Assembly (NCBI GenBank): GCA_017853515.1
Contig: JAFMJK010000001.1
Location: 1-39,966, forward strand
DNA from: Chthoniobacterales bacterium
GTDB lineage: Bacteria; Verrucomicrobiota; Verrucomicrobiia; Chthoniobacterales; JACTMZ01
DNA: 39,966 nucleotides
Direction of reading: 5' to 3'
The notes beneath the pieces were generated by a model, which was given only the letters and a program-made list of their open reading frames with translations, made no database searches and had not been told where the DNA came from. This document shows, one piece after another, positions 1 to 8,439 of this stretch. Numbering within the stretch: position 1 is the first letter of the stretch; each line of letters starts with the position of its first letter. The translations under genes were made by a program, and so were the position numbers.

Positions 1-36
1 CGACACCAAAAGTCTGATCGCAAAGGCGCGTTGGTC

Positions 37-822
37 TCAGGCGCTCTGCAGGAATGCGGTGAGGGGGCTGGTTGGGACGGCGGTGTCGGCTTGGGCGGGA
101 AGACCCGCCTCGCGCGCGGCGCGTCCGGCTTCGACCGCCATCTTGAAGGCGCGGGCCATGCGCACGGGATCTTCGGCCACGGCGATGGCGGTGTTGACCA
201 GCACGGCGTCCGCGCCGAGTTCGAGTGCCTCGGCTGCATGGCTCGGCGCACCGATGCCGGCATCGACAATGACCGGCACGCGCGCCTGTTCGATGATGAT
301 GGCGATCTGCCCGCGCGTCTCGAGTCCACGGTTGCTCCCGATGGGCGAGCCGAGCGGCATGACGGTGGCGGCGCCCGCATCCTCGAGTCGTTTGGCCAGC
401 ACGGGATCGGCGTTGATGTAGGGCAGCACGGCGAATCCTTCTTTCGCGAGGATTTCCGTGGCGCGCAGGGTCTCGATCGGGTCGGGCAGGAGATACTGCG
501 GGTCGGGATGGATCTCGAGTTTCACCCACTTGGGCAAGCCGGCGGTGGCGGCGAGGCGCGCCAGACGCACCGCTTCCTCCGCATTCATCGCCCCGCTCGT
601 GTTGGGCAGAAGCAGATATTTTTCCGCGTCGATGAAATCGAGGATATCCGCGAAGGGATCGTGCGTTCCGCTCAAGTCCGCGCGGCGCAGGGCGACGGTG
701 ACGATTTCCGCGCCGCTCGCCCCGAGCGCGTCGCGCATGAGTTCGTTCGAGGCGAACTTGCCCGTGCCGAGGAGAAGGCGCGAGGAGAATTCGCGCCCGG
801 CGATGACCAGCGGCGAATTCAC
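37..822 (-). CDS. thiG: thiazole synthase ThiG
   Basis: ORF 37..945(-) matches ThiG along its length ([55 protein letters not shown]). I set the start to the GTG at 822 because it forms a GTGA start/stop overlap with the upstream ORF stop (819-821). The alternative GTG at 945 would overlap the upstream gene by 127 nt. Confidence 0.9.
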   Translation of the reverse strand: MNSPLVIAGREFSSRLLLGTGKFASNELMRDALGASGAEIVTVALRRADLSGTHDPFADILDFIDAEKYLLLPNTSGAMNAEEAVRLARLAATAGLPKWVKLEIHPDPQYLLPDPIETLRATEILAKEGFAVLPYINADPVLAKRLEDAGAATVMPLGSPIGSNRGLETRGQIAIIIEQARVPVIVDAGIGAPSHAAEALELGADAVLVNTAIAVAEDPVRMARAFKMAVEAGRAAREAGLPAQADTAVPTSPLTAFLQSA

Positions 823-1490
823 GGGGCGGGGGAAGTCTCGGGAGATGCCGCGGGTGAAGGAGATTCCTGTGCGGTCGGTGCTTCCGCGCCGTCGACAAGC
901 AGACGGAATTGGAAAGTTTCGGCGACTTGGTTCGGCGGCTCCCACAGACGCCGGTAGACCAGCGTGACATCTTGCGAGCCGGGTTTGACGGCCTGCAGGG
1001 TGACGACTGTTTTGGTCGGCGCGCCGAAGAGCACATTGCCGCCTTCGGGCGCAACGGTTTCGCTTTTGTAAAAATCAGCCACGCCGTAGTCGAAGTCGCG
1101 CAACTCCCAATTGTATCCCGTGCTCGGGTTCGATTGCAGGGTGATGACGATGAGGTTGCCCACCGCGGCGCGCACCACTTTGCCCGCGTCGACGGCGGTG
1201 AGTTCGACTTTTCCGCTGACCGGGGGAGCGGGCGCCGCGGGCTCCTCCTCAGGGAGCGGTTCTTTGAGTTCCCCGGTTTTCTCCGGATCCGGTTCATCCG
1301 CCGGGGCGGGAATTTCCATGTTTTCCGCAGGGGAGGCTTCGGTGAGGTCGACCGCCTTGTTCATTTTGGGCGCGTTGGAAGTCTGCGCTTCGACCGGCGG
1401 GGATGAAGGTTCAGGTGTCGCGGCTTGCTCTTGGGCGCGGCAGACAGCCAACCCGCAGAAAAGAACCAGCGCGAAGATCAGATTGTTCAT
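819..1490 (-). CDS. secreted chagasin-family (Inhibitor_I42) cysteine peptidase inhibitor
   Basis: ATG at 1490. N-terminal signal peptide [19 protein letters not shown], then a Pro/Glu/Ala-rich linker. The C-terminal domain carries the chagasin/ICP signature motifs NPSTGYNWE and YRRLWE (RPW-like). Confidence 0.75.
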   Translation of the reverse strand: MNNLIFALVLFCGLAVCRAQEQAATPEPSSPPVEAQTSNAPKMNKAVDLTEASPAENMEIPAPADEPDPEKTGELKEPLPEEEPAAPAPPVSGKVELTAVDAGKVVRAAVGNLIVITLQSNPSTGYNWELRDFDYGVADFYKSETVAPEGGNVLFGAPTKTVVTLQAVKPGSQDVTLVYRRLWEPPNQVAETFQFRLLVDGAEAPTAQESPSPAASPETSPAP

Positions 1491-1524
1491 CCGGCCTTCA
1501 GTATGGTCGGAAAGACCGAACCGC

Positions 1525-1977
1525 TCAACCCCGGTCTCTAGTCACAGGAACGAGTTTCCAGGTGATCCCGCCTTTTGGGCCAATGCCGAGCCAGGCGAAA
1601 GAAGGGCCCGCACCGTGGTTGGCCTTGCCGACGGAACCCGGATTGAGGAAGCGGGTGGCGCCGACCATTTCGTCGCGCGGCACATGGGTGTGGCCGTGGA
1701 GAAGAAAGTCGGCGCCGTCCGGCGCGGTGCGCAACGGTTCGTGCACGAGGAAAAATGTCTTCCCGCCGCGCTCGAGCGAAAGTGTTTCCGGCGCGAGCCC
1801 GCGCGGGTCGCAATTGCCGGCGATGACGTGCAAGGGCGGACCAAGCCCGCGCAGTTCGTCGAGGGTCTCGCGGTTGCAAATGTCGCCGAGGTGCCAGATT
1901 TCGTCCGCCGCGCTGATCTCCGCCCGCACGGAGAAGGGCAGGCGGTTGTGGGTGTCGGCGATGACGGCGATGCGCAT
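1525..1977 (-). CDS. YfcE/MJ0936-family metallophosphoesterase
   Basis: 150 aa with calcineurin-like phosphoesterase motifs: MRIAVIADTHN, HLGD, GNCD, HGHTH. ATG at 1977. Confidence 0.85.
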   Translation of the reverse strand: MRIAVIADTHNRLPFSVRAEISAADEIWHLGDICNRETLDELRGLGPPLHVIAGNCDPRGLAPETLSLERGGKTFFLVHEPLRTAPDGADFLLHGHTHVPRDEMVGATRFLNPGSVGKANHGAGPSFAWLGIGPKGGITWKLVPVTRDRG

Positions 1978-2042
1978 GGGGGGATTCTGCCCGAAGCGGG
2001 ATGCACTCGCAAACCGCGGGTCGGGAGGCTAAGGTGCGTCTC

Positions 2043-3167
2043 ATGTGGAAATTCGCCAACCAGCAACTGCGCGACCTCGTGGCCTACGAGCCGGGCAAGC
2101 CGGTTGAGGATCTGGCCCGCGAGCTGGGAATCCCGCACGGCGAGATCATCAAGCTGGCCTCCAACGAAAATCCGCTCGGCCCTTCGCCCAAGGCGCGGCA
2201 GGCCATGATCGAGACGATCGAGCGCTCGCACTTTTATCCCGACGGCGGCGGCTATTACCTGCGCGAGGCCATCGCGGAAAAACTCGGCCTTTCCATGGCC
2301 AACATCATTTTGGGCAACGGTTCGAACGAAATCATCGAGTTCATCGGCCATGCTTATTTGCAGCCCGGCGACGAAATCGTGCAGGCCAAGCACTCGTTCG
2401 CTGTCTATCGCCTCATGGCGCAATTGTTCGGCGCGAAAACGATCGACGTGCCCGACCCGGGTTTTGTCGCCGACCTCGACGCGATGCTTGCCGCGATCAC
2501 GCCGCGGACGAAGGAAGTCTTCATCGCCAACCCGAACAACCCGACCGGCACGATGGTCCAGCAGGACGCGATCGACCGCTTCATGGAGCGCGTGCCGGAG
2601 CACGTCATGGTGGTGTTCGACGAAGCCTACTACGAATTCCTCGACGAACCTCCGGATGTGCTCAAATACGTCCGGGCCGGACGCAATATCGTCGTGCTGC
2701 GGACTTTTTCCAAAATCCAGGGTCTGGCCAACCTGCGCATCGGCTACGGCATCGCCGCGCCCGAAATTGTCGAGGTGCTGCAAAAAGCGCGGCAACCTTT
2801 CAACGCCAACGGCATCGCGCAGGCGGGGGCTCTCGCCGGATTGCGCGATACGGAGCACATGGAGAAGACGCGCTTGGTCACCCACGAGGGGCGCAACTTT
2901 TTGCAAAGCGAGTTCCTCGACATGGACCTCGAGTTCGTGCCCAGCCACGCCAACTTCGTGCTCGTCCGCGTCGGTGACGGCAAAAAAGTTTTCGAAGCGC
3001 TCCTCCGCCGCGGGATCATCGTGCGGGCCATGGGCAGTTACGGCCTGCCCGAATGGATCCGCGTGTCAGTCGGCACCATGCCGCAAAACAAAGCCTTCAT
3101 CGCCGCCCTTCGTGAACTCGACCGCGAGGGCGTCGTCGGACGCGGCGCGCTGGCCACGGTCGCCTGA
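2043..3167 (+). CDS. hisC: histidinol-phosphate aminotransferase
   Basis: Class II aminotransferase features: SNENPLGPSP, NPNNPTG, and the PLP-lysine context RTFSKIQGLANLRIGYG. I prefer the ATG at 2043 (MWKFANQQLRDL) over the track start at 2001. The stop overlaps the mnmE ATG by 1 nt. Confidence 0.9.
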   Translation: MWKFANQQLRDLVAYEPGKPVEDLARELGIPHGEIIKLASNENPLGPSPKARQAMIETIERSHFYPDGGGYYLREAIAEKLGLSMANIILGNGSNEIIEFIGHAYLQPGDEIVQAKHSFAVYRLMAQLFGAKTIDVPDPGFVADLDAMLAAITPRTKEVFIANPNNPTGTMVQQDAIDRFMERVPEHVMVVFDEAYYEFLDEPPDVLKYVRAGRNIVVLRTFSKIQGLANLRIGYGIAAPEIVEVLQKARQPFNANGIAQAGALAGLRDTEHMEKTRLVTHEGRNFLQSEFLDMDLEFVPSHANFVLVRVGDGKKVFEALLRRGIIVRAMGSYGLPEWIRVSVGTMPQNKAFIAALRELDREGVVGRGALATVA

Positions 3168-4492
3168 TGGGCGGCGACACCATCGCCGCGCTGGCCACGC
3201 CTTGGGGCACCGGGGCTGTCGCCATGATCCGGTTGAGCGGCGCCCAGGCCGTGTCCGTTGCGGATAAACTTTTCCGCGGGAAACGTCCGCTGGCCGGCGC
3301 GCCATCCGGCCGGGTGCGTCGCGGCACGGTGGAGTGCGACGGGCGGGCTGTCGACGACGTGCTTGCCACGGTCTTTCGCGCCCCGAAAAGCTACACGGGC
3401 GAAGATGTGGTCGAGATCAGCGGTCACGGCGGGCAGGTGGTGGCGGAGGAAATTTTGCGCGCGCTGTTCGCGGCCGGAGCGCGGCCGGCCGAACCGGGCG
3501 AATTCACGCGGCGCGCGTTTATCAACGGGAAAATGGACCTGACCCAGGCGGAGGCGGTGATGGATCTCATCGCGGCGCGCGGCGCGGCTTCGGCCGATGC
3601 GGCGGCGGCACAACTCGCCGGGCGGCTCGGGCGCGAAGTGGAAAAATTGCGCGGCGAGACGATGACCGCGCTGGCCCATCTCGAAGCGTTCATCGATTTT
3701 CCCGAGGAGGGAATCGATCCGGAAAGCGGGCGCGTCTTGCTCGCGCGCGCCGATGCTTTGTCGGCCGCCATCGAACGGATGCTCGGGACAGCGGACGAGG
3801 GCCGCATGCTTCGCGAAGGCGTGCGTCTGGTCATCCATGGCGAGCCCAATGTGGGAAAATCCAGCCTGCTCAATCTCCTGCTCGGATACGACCGGGCGAT
3901 GGTCAGTGAAATCCCCGGGACGACCCGAGACACCATCGAGGAAAATCTCACCCTGCGCGGCATTCCCTTCCGCGTGATCGACACGGCGGGCCTGCGCGAA
4001 ACGGATGATCCGCTCGAGGCGGAGGGCATGCGGCGCACGCGGGAGCATCTGGCCAAGGCCGACATTTCCCTGCGGGTTCTCGATGCGGGTGCGTGCGCGG
4101 CGCCTTCCGGCGGTGAGTCCGGCGAAATCACCGTGCTGAACAAAGTCGACCTGTGGACCGGCGGCGATCTTCCGGCGGGGCTGGTTCCGCTCTGCTGTCT
4201 CGATGCCCGAGGACTGGACAAACTCGTCGATGCCATCGTCGGTCGCACGCGCATTGCCCCGCCCGCCTCGCGCGAGGAGGCGGTGGCGATCAATGCGCGG
4301 CATCAGGATTGCCTCCGGCGCGCGAACGAAGCCGTCGCGGCCGCGCGGGCTTCGCTCGAACGCGGCGATGCGCCCGAGTTCACCGCGGTCGAATTGCGCG
4401 CGGCGCTGGCCGCCGTCGGGGAAATCACCGGAGGATCCGACGCGGACGACGTGCTCGGGGAAATCTTCCGCAACTTCTGCATCGGGAAATGA
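3167..4492 (+). CDS. mnmE: tRNA uridine-5-carboxymethylaminomethyl modification GTPase MnmE
   Basis: 441 aa. G-domain motifs GEPNVGKSSLLN, DTAGLR and NKVD. Ends in the family-diagnostic C-terminal FCIGK. Confidence 0.95.
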   Translation: MGGDTIAALATPWGTGAVAMIRLSGAQAVSVADKLFRGKRPLAGAPSGRVRRGTVECDGRAVDDVLATVFRAPKSYTGEDVVEISGHGGQVVAEEILRALFAAGARPAEPGEFTRRAFINGKMDLTQAEAVMDLIAARGAASADAAAAQLAGRLGREVEKLRGETMTALAHLEAFIDFPEEGIDPESGRVLLARADALSAAIERMLGTADEGRMLREGVRLVIHGEPNVGKSSLLNLLLGYDRAMVSEIPGTTRDTIEENLTLRGIPFRVIDTAGLRETDDPLEAEGMRRTREHLAKADISLRVLDAGACAAPSGGESGEITVLNKVDLWTGGDLPAGLVPLCCLDARGLDKLVDAIVGRTRIAPPASREEAVAINARHQDCLRRANEAVAAARASLERGDAPEFTAVELRAALAAVGEITGGSDADDVLGEIFRNFCIGK

Positions 4493-4528
4493 GAGGAGTT
4501 GAGGGTTGAGGGATGAGAGTTGAGAGAG
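4484..4528. repeat. C-free TGAG-rich tract (GAGGGTTGAGGG / GAGTTGAGAG modules) spanning the mnmE stop
   Basis: 45 nt contain no C. Both modules recur as the reverse complement at 15146-15169. Confidence 0.7.
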
Positions 4529-4544
4529 CAGAAAGGTCCGCGAC

Positions 4545-5546
4545 ATGAGCCTGTATTCCGCGCTGGCCCGTCCGCTTTTGTTCCGCTTGCCCGCGGAAAC
4601 AGCGCACGAGGTCTCGATGAAATTTCTCGCGGCGGCCGCCGCGGTTCTCGGCCGCAACGTGGCGCCACCGCGCGGTCGCGCCGTCGATTGCTTCGGTCTG
4701 CGCTTTCCCAACGCGGTCGGACTGGCCGCGGGGATGGATAAAAACGCCACGGCGCTGCCGGCGTGGCCGCTCATGGGATTCGGGTTCATCGAGATCGGGA
4801 CGGTCACGGCGCTGGCCCAACCGGGGAATCCCAAGCCGCGCGTTTTCCGTCTGCCGCGGCAGAAAGCATTGATCAACCGGCTCGGTTTCAACAACGAGGG
4901 CGCGGAAGCGGTCGCCGCGCGTTTGGCCGAATGGAAATCGTCCGGCCGCTGGCCGCGCGTTCCCGTCGGAATCAACCTCGGCAAGTCGCGCGTCACGGCT
5001 TTGGACGACGCGCCGCGCGATTACGCGCAAAGTTTCCGCCTGCTGCGCGGGCACGGAGATTACTTCGTGGTCAATGTCAGTTCGCCCAACACGCCGGGCC
5101 TGCGCGATTTGCAGGGCGCGGCGCAACTGCGCGCCATTCTGCGGGCCATCGCCGCGGAGAATGCGGAGAAAAAGCCGGTGCTGGTCAAAATCTCGCCCGA
5201 TCTCGCCGAACCGCAGTTGGCCGATCTGGTTTCTTGCGGCGAGGAGGAAAGTATCGCGGGGTGGATCGCGACGAACACCACGCTCGATCACTCCTCCGTC
5301 CCGGCCGGCGAAGACCAGGAAGGCGGCCTGAGCGGCGTGCCTCTGCGGGAGAAGTCGGACACCGTTTTGCGCGAACTGGTCGCGCGCACCCGCCTGCCGG
5401 TCATCGGGGTGGGCGGGGTGAGCGATGCAGAATCGGCCCGGGCCAAAACGGAAGCGGGAGCCAAACTGGTCCAGCTTTACACCGGTCTGGTCTACCGGGG
5501 GCCTGCTCTTCCGCGGCAAATCGCGGCGGAATCGGCAAAAGTGTGA
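4545..5546 (+). CDS. pyrD: dihydroorotate dehydrogenase (quinone), class 2
   Basis: 333 aa. N-terminal membrane-association helix region (MSLYSALARPLLFRL), then GFIEIGTVT, NLGKS, SSPNTPGLR and IGVGGV motifs. Confidence 0.9.
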   Translation: MSLYSALARPLLFRLPAETAHEVSMKFLAAAAAVLGRNVAPPRGRAVDCFGLRFPNAVGLAAGMDKNATALPAWPLMGFGFIEIGTVTALAQPGNPKPRVFRLPRQKALINRLGFNNEGAEAVAARLAEWKSSGRWPRVPVGINLGKSRVTALDDAPRDYAQSFRLLRGHGDYFVVNVSSPNTPGLRDLQGAAQLRAILRAIAAENAEKKPVLVKISPDLAEPQLADLVSCGEEESIAGWIATNTTLDHSSVPAGEDQEGGLSGVPLREKSDTVLRELVARTRLPVIGVGGVSDAESARAKTEAGAKLVQLYTGLVYRGPALPRQIAAESAKV

Positions 5547-5585
5547 CTTTTCAGCTTTTGCCAACGGACTAGATTGGTGGAGTCA

Positions 5586-6491
5586 ATGGAGTTCACGGAG
5601 CAACAGCCGGCCGCGGGCGAGCCGGCCAGGAAAAGCAAAGGCAACTGGCGCATCCTTGCCGATGCGTTCAACCGCTATGTCATGGAGGGCGGGATGACCC
5701 ACGGCGCGGCATTGACTTACTACGCCGTGTTTTCCCTCGGCCCGCTCCTGCTCGTCGCCACGGCCATTGCCGGATGGTTCTTCGGCGAGGAAGCGGCGCG
5801 CGGCGAGTTGAGCGACATGCTTGTCGACACTTTCGGCCCGGACACGGCGGCGACCATCGAAACATTGCTCGCCGGCGTGCGCGCCCGCACCGCATCGGGT
5901 TGGGCGGCGATCATCGGCGTGGTCATCCTGCTCTACACGGCCTCGAGTGTGATGCGGCAACTCAAGGATTCGATGAACTTCATCTGGCAGGTCCCGCATC
6001 TCAAGGAGGCGACGTGGTGGAAATGGGCCGAGCACTATCTTGTTTCCGTCATCGGCGTGCTCATCGCGGGATTGCTTCTCATCGTCTCGCTCCTCTCCAC
6101 GACTTTTCTCGCCGCGATGAAGAAATATCTGCCCGAGGGATTGCCCTACTCGGGCAACGTGCTGCTTTCCGTGGAATTCGGCGCGACCGTCGTGCTGGTC
6201 ACCATCGTTTGCGCGCTCATCTTCAAATTCCTGCCCGAAACGCGCGTGCTCTGGCGCTACGTGTGGCTCGGGGCCTTCGGCACCGCGCTGTTGTTCTCGC
6301 TCGGCAAGCTCGGCATGGGTCTCTACCTCGGTTGGCTCAGCGCGGAGTCGTTCTACGGCGCGATGTCATCCTTCATGATCCTGCTTTTCTGGATGTATTA
6401 CTCCGCGCAGGTGCTGGTGATCGGGGCCTATTTCACCGAGATGACCAGCCGCACGCGGATGGCGGCCAAGGCGGCCAAGGCCAAGGCCTGA
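5586..6491 (+). CDS. YihY/BrkB (virulence factor BrkB / RNase BN-like) family membrane protein
   Basis: Signature ALTYYAVFSLGPLLLV followed by about 6 predicted TM helices. ATG at 5586 (MEFTEQQ). The track start at 5574 is a TTG and remains possible. Confidence 0.8.
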   Translation: MEFTEQQPAAGEPARKSKGNWRILADAFNRYVMEGGMTHGAALTYYAVFSLGPLLLVATAIAGWFFGEEAARGELSDMLVDTFGPDTAATIETLLAGVRARTASGWAAIIGVVILLYTASSVMRQLKDSMNFIWQVPHLKEATWWKWAEHYLVSVIGVLIAGLLLIVSLLSTTFLAAMKKYLPEGLPYSGNVLLSVEFGATVVLVTIVCALIFKFLPETRVLWRYVWLGAFGTALLFSLGKLGMGLYLGWLSAESFYGAMSSFMILLFWMYYSAQVLVIGAYFTEMTSRTRMAAKAAKAKA

Positions 6492-6497
6492 TGCGGT

Positions 6498-6528
6498 GGT
6501 GGATCGCGCCGTCCCGGCGCGTTCCACC
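6498..6528 (+). repeat. solo hairpin module of the 67-nt TIR repeat family
   Basis: Sequence GGTGGATCGCGCCGTCCCGGCGCGTTCCACC. Outer inverted repeat GGTGGA/TCCACC, inner stem CGCGCC/GGCGCG. Lies between convergent genes, 7 nt after the yihY-like stop. Confidence 0.7.
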
Positions 6529-6563
6529 TTGCCGAACAGTCGGAGCGTTCGCGCTGGTGCCGA

Positions 6564-7190
6564 TCAGGCCGCTTTCGGTGCCGTCTTTGGTGCGGGGGAT
6601 TTTTTCGCGGGCGCCGTTTTCGCCTCTTTGGTTTTCACCGCTTCGGCTGGCGCACGCGAATTGACGTGAGACTTCCCGCTGAAGGCCGCGCCTTCCTCGA
6701 CCAGCACGCGCGCGGCATGGATGTCGCCGCGCAGCGTTCCGGAACTTTTGATCACGGCTCGTCCGGTGGCGTGCACTTCACCCTCCACCGACCCGAAGAT
6801 GACGACCGACTCGGCGCGGATGCGCGCTTTGACCCGCGTGTCCTTCGCGATGGTCACCGTGCTCGGACAATGAATTTCCCCGTCGACATAGCAAGTGACG
6901 GTGCGCTCGCCCGGAAGCTTCAGCGTTCCGTGCACTTCGATATCCGAGGGGATTTGTCCGCTGGTCTGCGGAGCGGGCGGCGTGACCATGGCTGGTGCGC
7001 CGGCCACCGCGGCGGGCGCGGAACGGAGAGGGCGATCGGGCAAGACCGAGGAAATCGGCCGCCATTCGGCCCAGCCTTCCTGCCAGCAAAAATCCTCCGG
7101 GTGAAATTCGCCCGTGCCAAGGAACACGGCGATTTCCTCGGGTTCGTGCGGCCCGAAGGTCTGGCTGTTTTTGGTGACGAAAAGGGGCAT
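6564..7190 (-). CDS. GYF_2 (DUF4339) domain - bactofilin fusion protein
   Basis: Start at the ATG at 7190 (MPLFVTKNSQTFGP; I verified cat at 7188-7190). The N-terminus matches the GYF_2 pattern (FGP..EEI..FL..GEF....FCWQEGWAEWRPISSVL). A Pro/Ala linker follows, then bactofilin beta-helix repeats (IEVHGTL...VDGEI...IFGSVEGEVHATGRAVIKSSGTLRGDIHAARVLVEEGAAFSG). The tail is Lys/Pro/Ala-rich. Confidence 0.8.
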   Translation of the reverse strand: MPLFVTKNSQTFGPHEPEEIAVFLGTGEFHPEDFCWQEGWAEWRPISSVLPDRPLRSAPAAVAGAPAMVTPPAPQTSGQIPSDIEVHGTLKLPGERTVTCYVDGEIHCPSTVTIAKDTRVKARIRAESVVIFGSVEGEVHATGRAVIKSSGTLRGDIHAARVLVEEGAAFSGKSHVNSRAPAEAVKTKEAKTAPAKKSPAPKTAPKAA

Positions 7191-7596
7191 GGCGCAGGGG
7201 CCGATAAAGATCGCAAAGGAGGCGAGGAAGCAACGGTTTTCGCGGGCATTCCTGCGGAACGACCTGACGCAGGCCCAGTTTGTCGGTCCTTCCACCTGCA
7301 CCAAAGGGCAGGGTCGTGGACGGTGGAAATTGAGGATTCTGCATAGTCCGATCAATGCGCTTCCTGCATAGATGAGTCGTTCGCGTCGACCGCGGAAACA
7401 AACGTCCAAACCGAAAGTATTAAAATAGCTCTCCGCTTCACAGCCTCGGGTCTCCAGCCGAACTTGCCCTCTTTGCCCGCGAATTGGGCGTTGCCGGCGC
7501 TTGAAGTTTATCGCGTCCAAGCTTCCCGCGGCGGCCCTGCACCAAAGGTCAGGTTGTCTGGTTCGGCTTAGGTCGCGAAAATTGCCTCTCAAAAGT

Positions 7597-8439
7597 ATGA
7601 ATCACGATACGCTGCCTGCAGAAATTACCATGACCACCGGAAAAGCACATCCCACCGAGGCGTTTCCTCCCGTCCTCGCTGCGGCCGTCCGGTCTGAGCT
7701 CGACCGCATCGTTCGCAGTCGCGATTTCTGCGCGTCCAAACGCAATCGCAAATTTCTCCGCCGGGTGGTCGAAGCCGAGTTGACCGGTTGCGGGCATGAG
7801 ATCAACGGCTACCTCATCGGATCGGAAGTTTTCGGGCGCGGCAAAAGTTTCGACCACGTCAAGGATCCGATCGTGCGAATCGAGGCGACCAAGTTGCGCC
7901 GCGATCTCGAGCGCTACTACCTCACTTCGGGTCGCGGCGACCGGATCGTCATCACCATTCCCAAAGGCGGCTACCGTCCGAGTTTCGAAACGCGCGATGT
8001 CGACAGTCTGCCTGGCGGTGTTTCGCCCGGATCGGCGCTCGATCTTGCGGGTGTCACTGTCGCGTCGTTGCGTTTGTCCGATGGACCGCTTTCGGCCATG
8101 CAGCCTCCGCTGCGCGCGCAACTCGCCGATGCTCTCACCCGCACCGGGGAGGTTGCGGTTTATGTTTCCTCCGAGCAGGAAGTCGGGCTGCTCGATAGCG
8201 AAGCCGTGCGTCGTGCCGCCCGCAGCAACGGCACAGCTTTCGTCCTTTCGGGCGACTCTTGGTCGCACGACGGCCAACACCGCATGGTCGTGCGTTTGCA
8301 CGACGGGGAGACCGGCCGCTTGGTCTGGTCCGAGGAATTTGCGCAGGACGCCGCATCCACTGTTCCCCTCGTTACGCAGCGTGTTGTTGAAGCGCGGAGG
8401 CGCCTTGCCGTCTCCAGCGGAAGCGGGGAGGCTGTCTGA
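7597..8439 (+). CDS. putative regulator: CadC/OmpR-like winged-helix region plus TolB_N-like domain
   Basis: ATG at 7597 (MNHDTL). The region LDRIVRSRDFCASKRNRKFLRRVVEAEL...GYLIGSEVFGRG.SFD...DPIVRIEATKLRRDLERYY......ITIPKGGYRPSF resembles the N-terminal module of many TPR/cyclase-type regulators. The C-terminal half (AFVLSGDSW..DGQHRMVVRLHDGETGRLVWSEEF) resembles the TolB_N-like domain that usually follows that module. No TPR or enzymatic output domain is present. Confidence 0.55.
   Translation: MNHDTLPAEITMTTGKAHPTEAFPPVLAAAVRSELDRIVRSRDFCASKRNRKFLRRVVEAELTGCGHEINGYLIGSEVFGRGKSFDHVKDPIVRIEATKLRRDLERYYLTSGRGDRIVITIPKGGYRPSFETRDVDSLPGGVSPGSALDLAGVTVASLRLSDGPLSAMQPPLRAQLADALTRTGEVAVYVSSEQEVGLLDSEAVRRAARSNGTAFVLSGDSWSHDGQHRMVVRLHDGETGRLVWSEEFAQDAASTVPLVTQRVVEARRRLAVSSGSGEAV

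Noticed and set aside
1491-2042. TPP riboswitch expected upstream of the thiG-containing gene string
   Set aside because: The available non-coding spacers (1491-1524 and 1978-2042) are too short. I saw no CUGAGA / ACCUGAUCUGGAUAAUGCCAGCG-like core. This cannot be excluded without a covariance-model scan.
1542-2948. 468-aa minus-strand ORF across yfcE-like and hisC
   Set aside because: It is an out-of-frame or antisense shadow of two well-supported genes, with no family features.
3038-4996. 652-aa ORF on the minus strand spanning mnmE and pyrD
   Set aside because: It is antisense to two genes with unambiguous family signatures. Its translation is Arg/Ala/Pro/Gly-rich low-complexity sequence with no recognisable motif. 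This is a typical shadow ORF of a high-GC genome.
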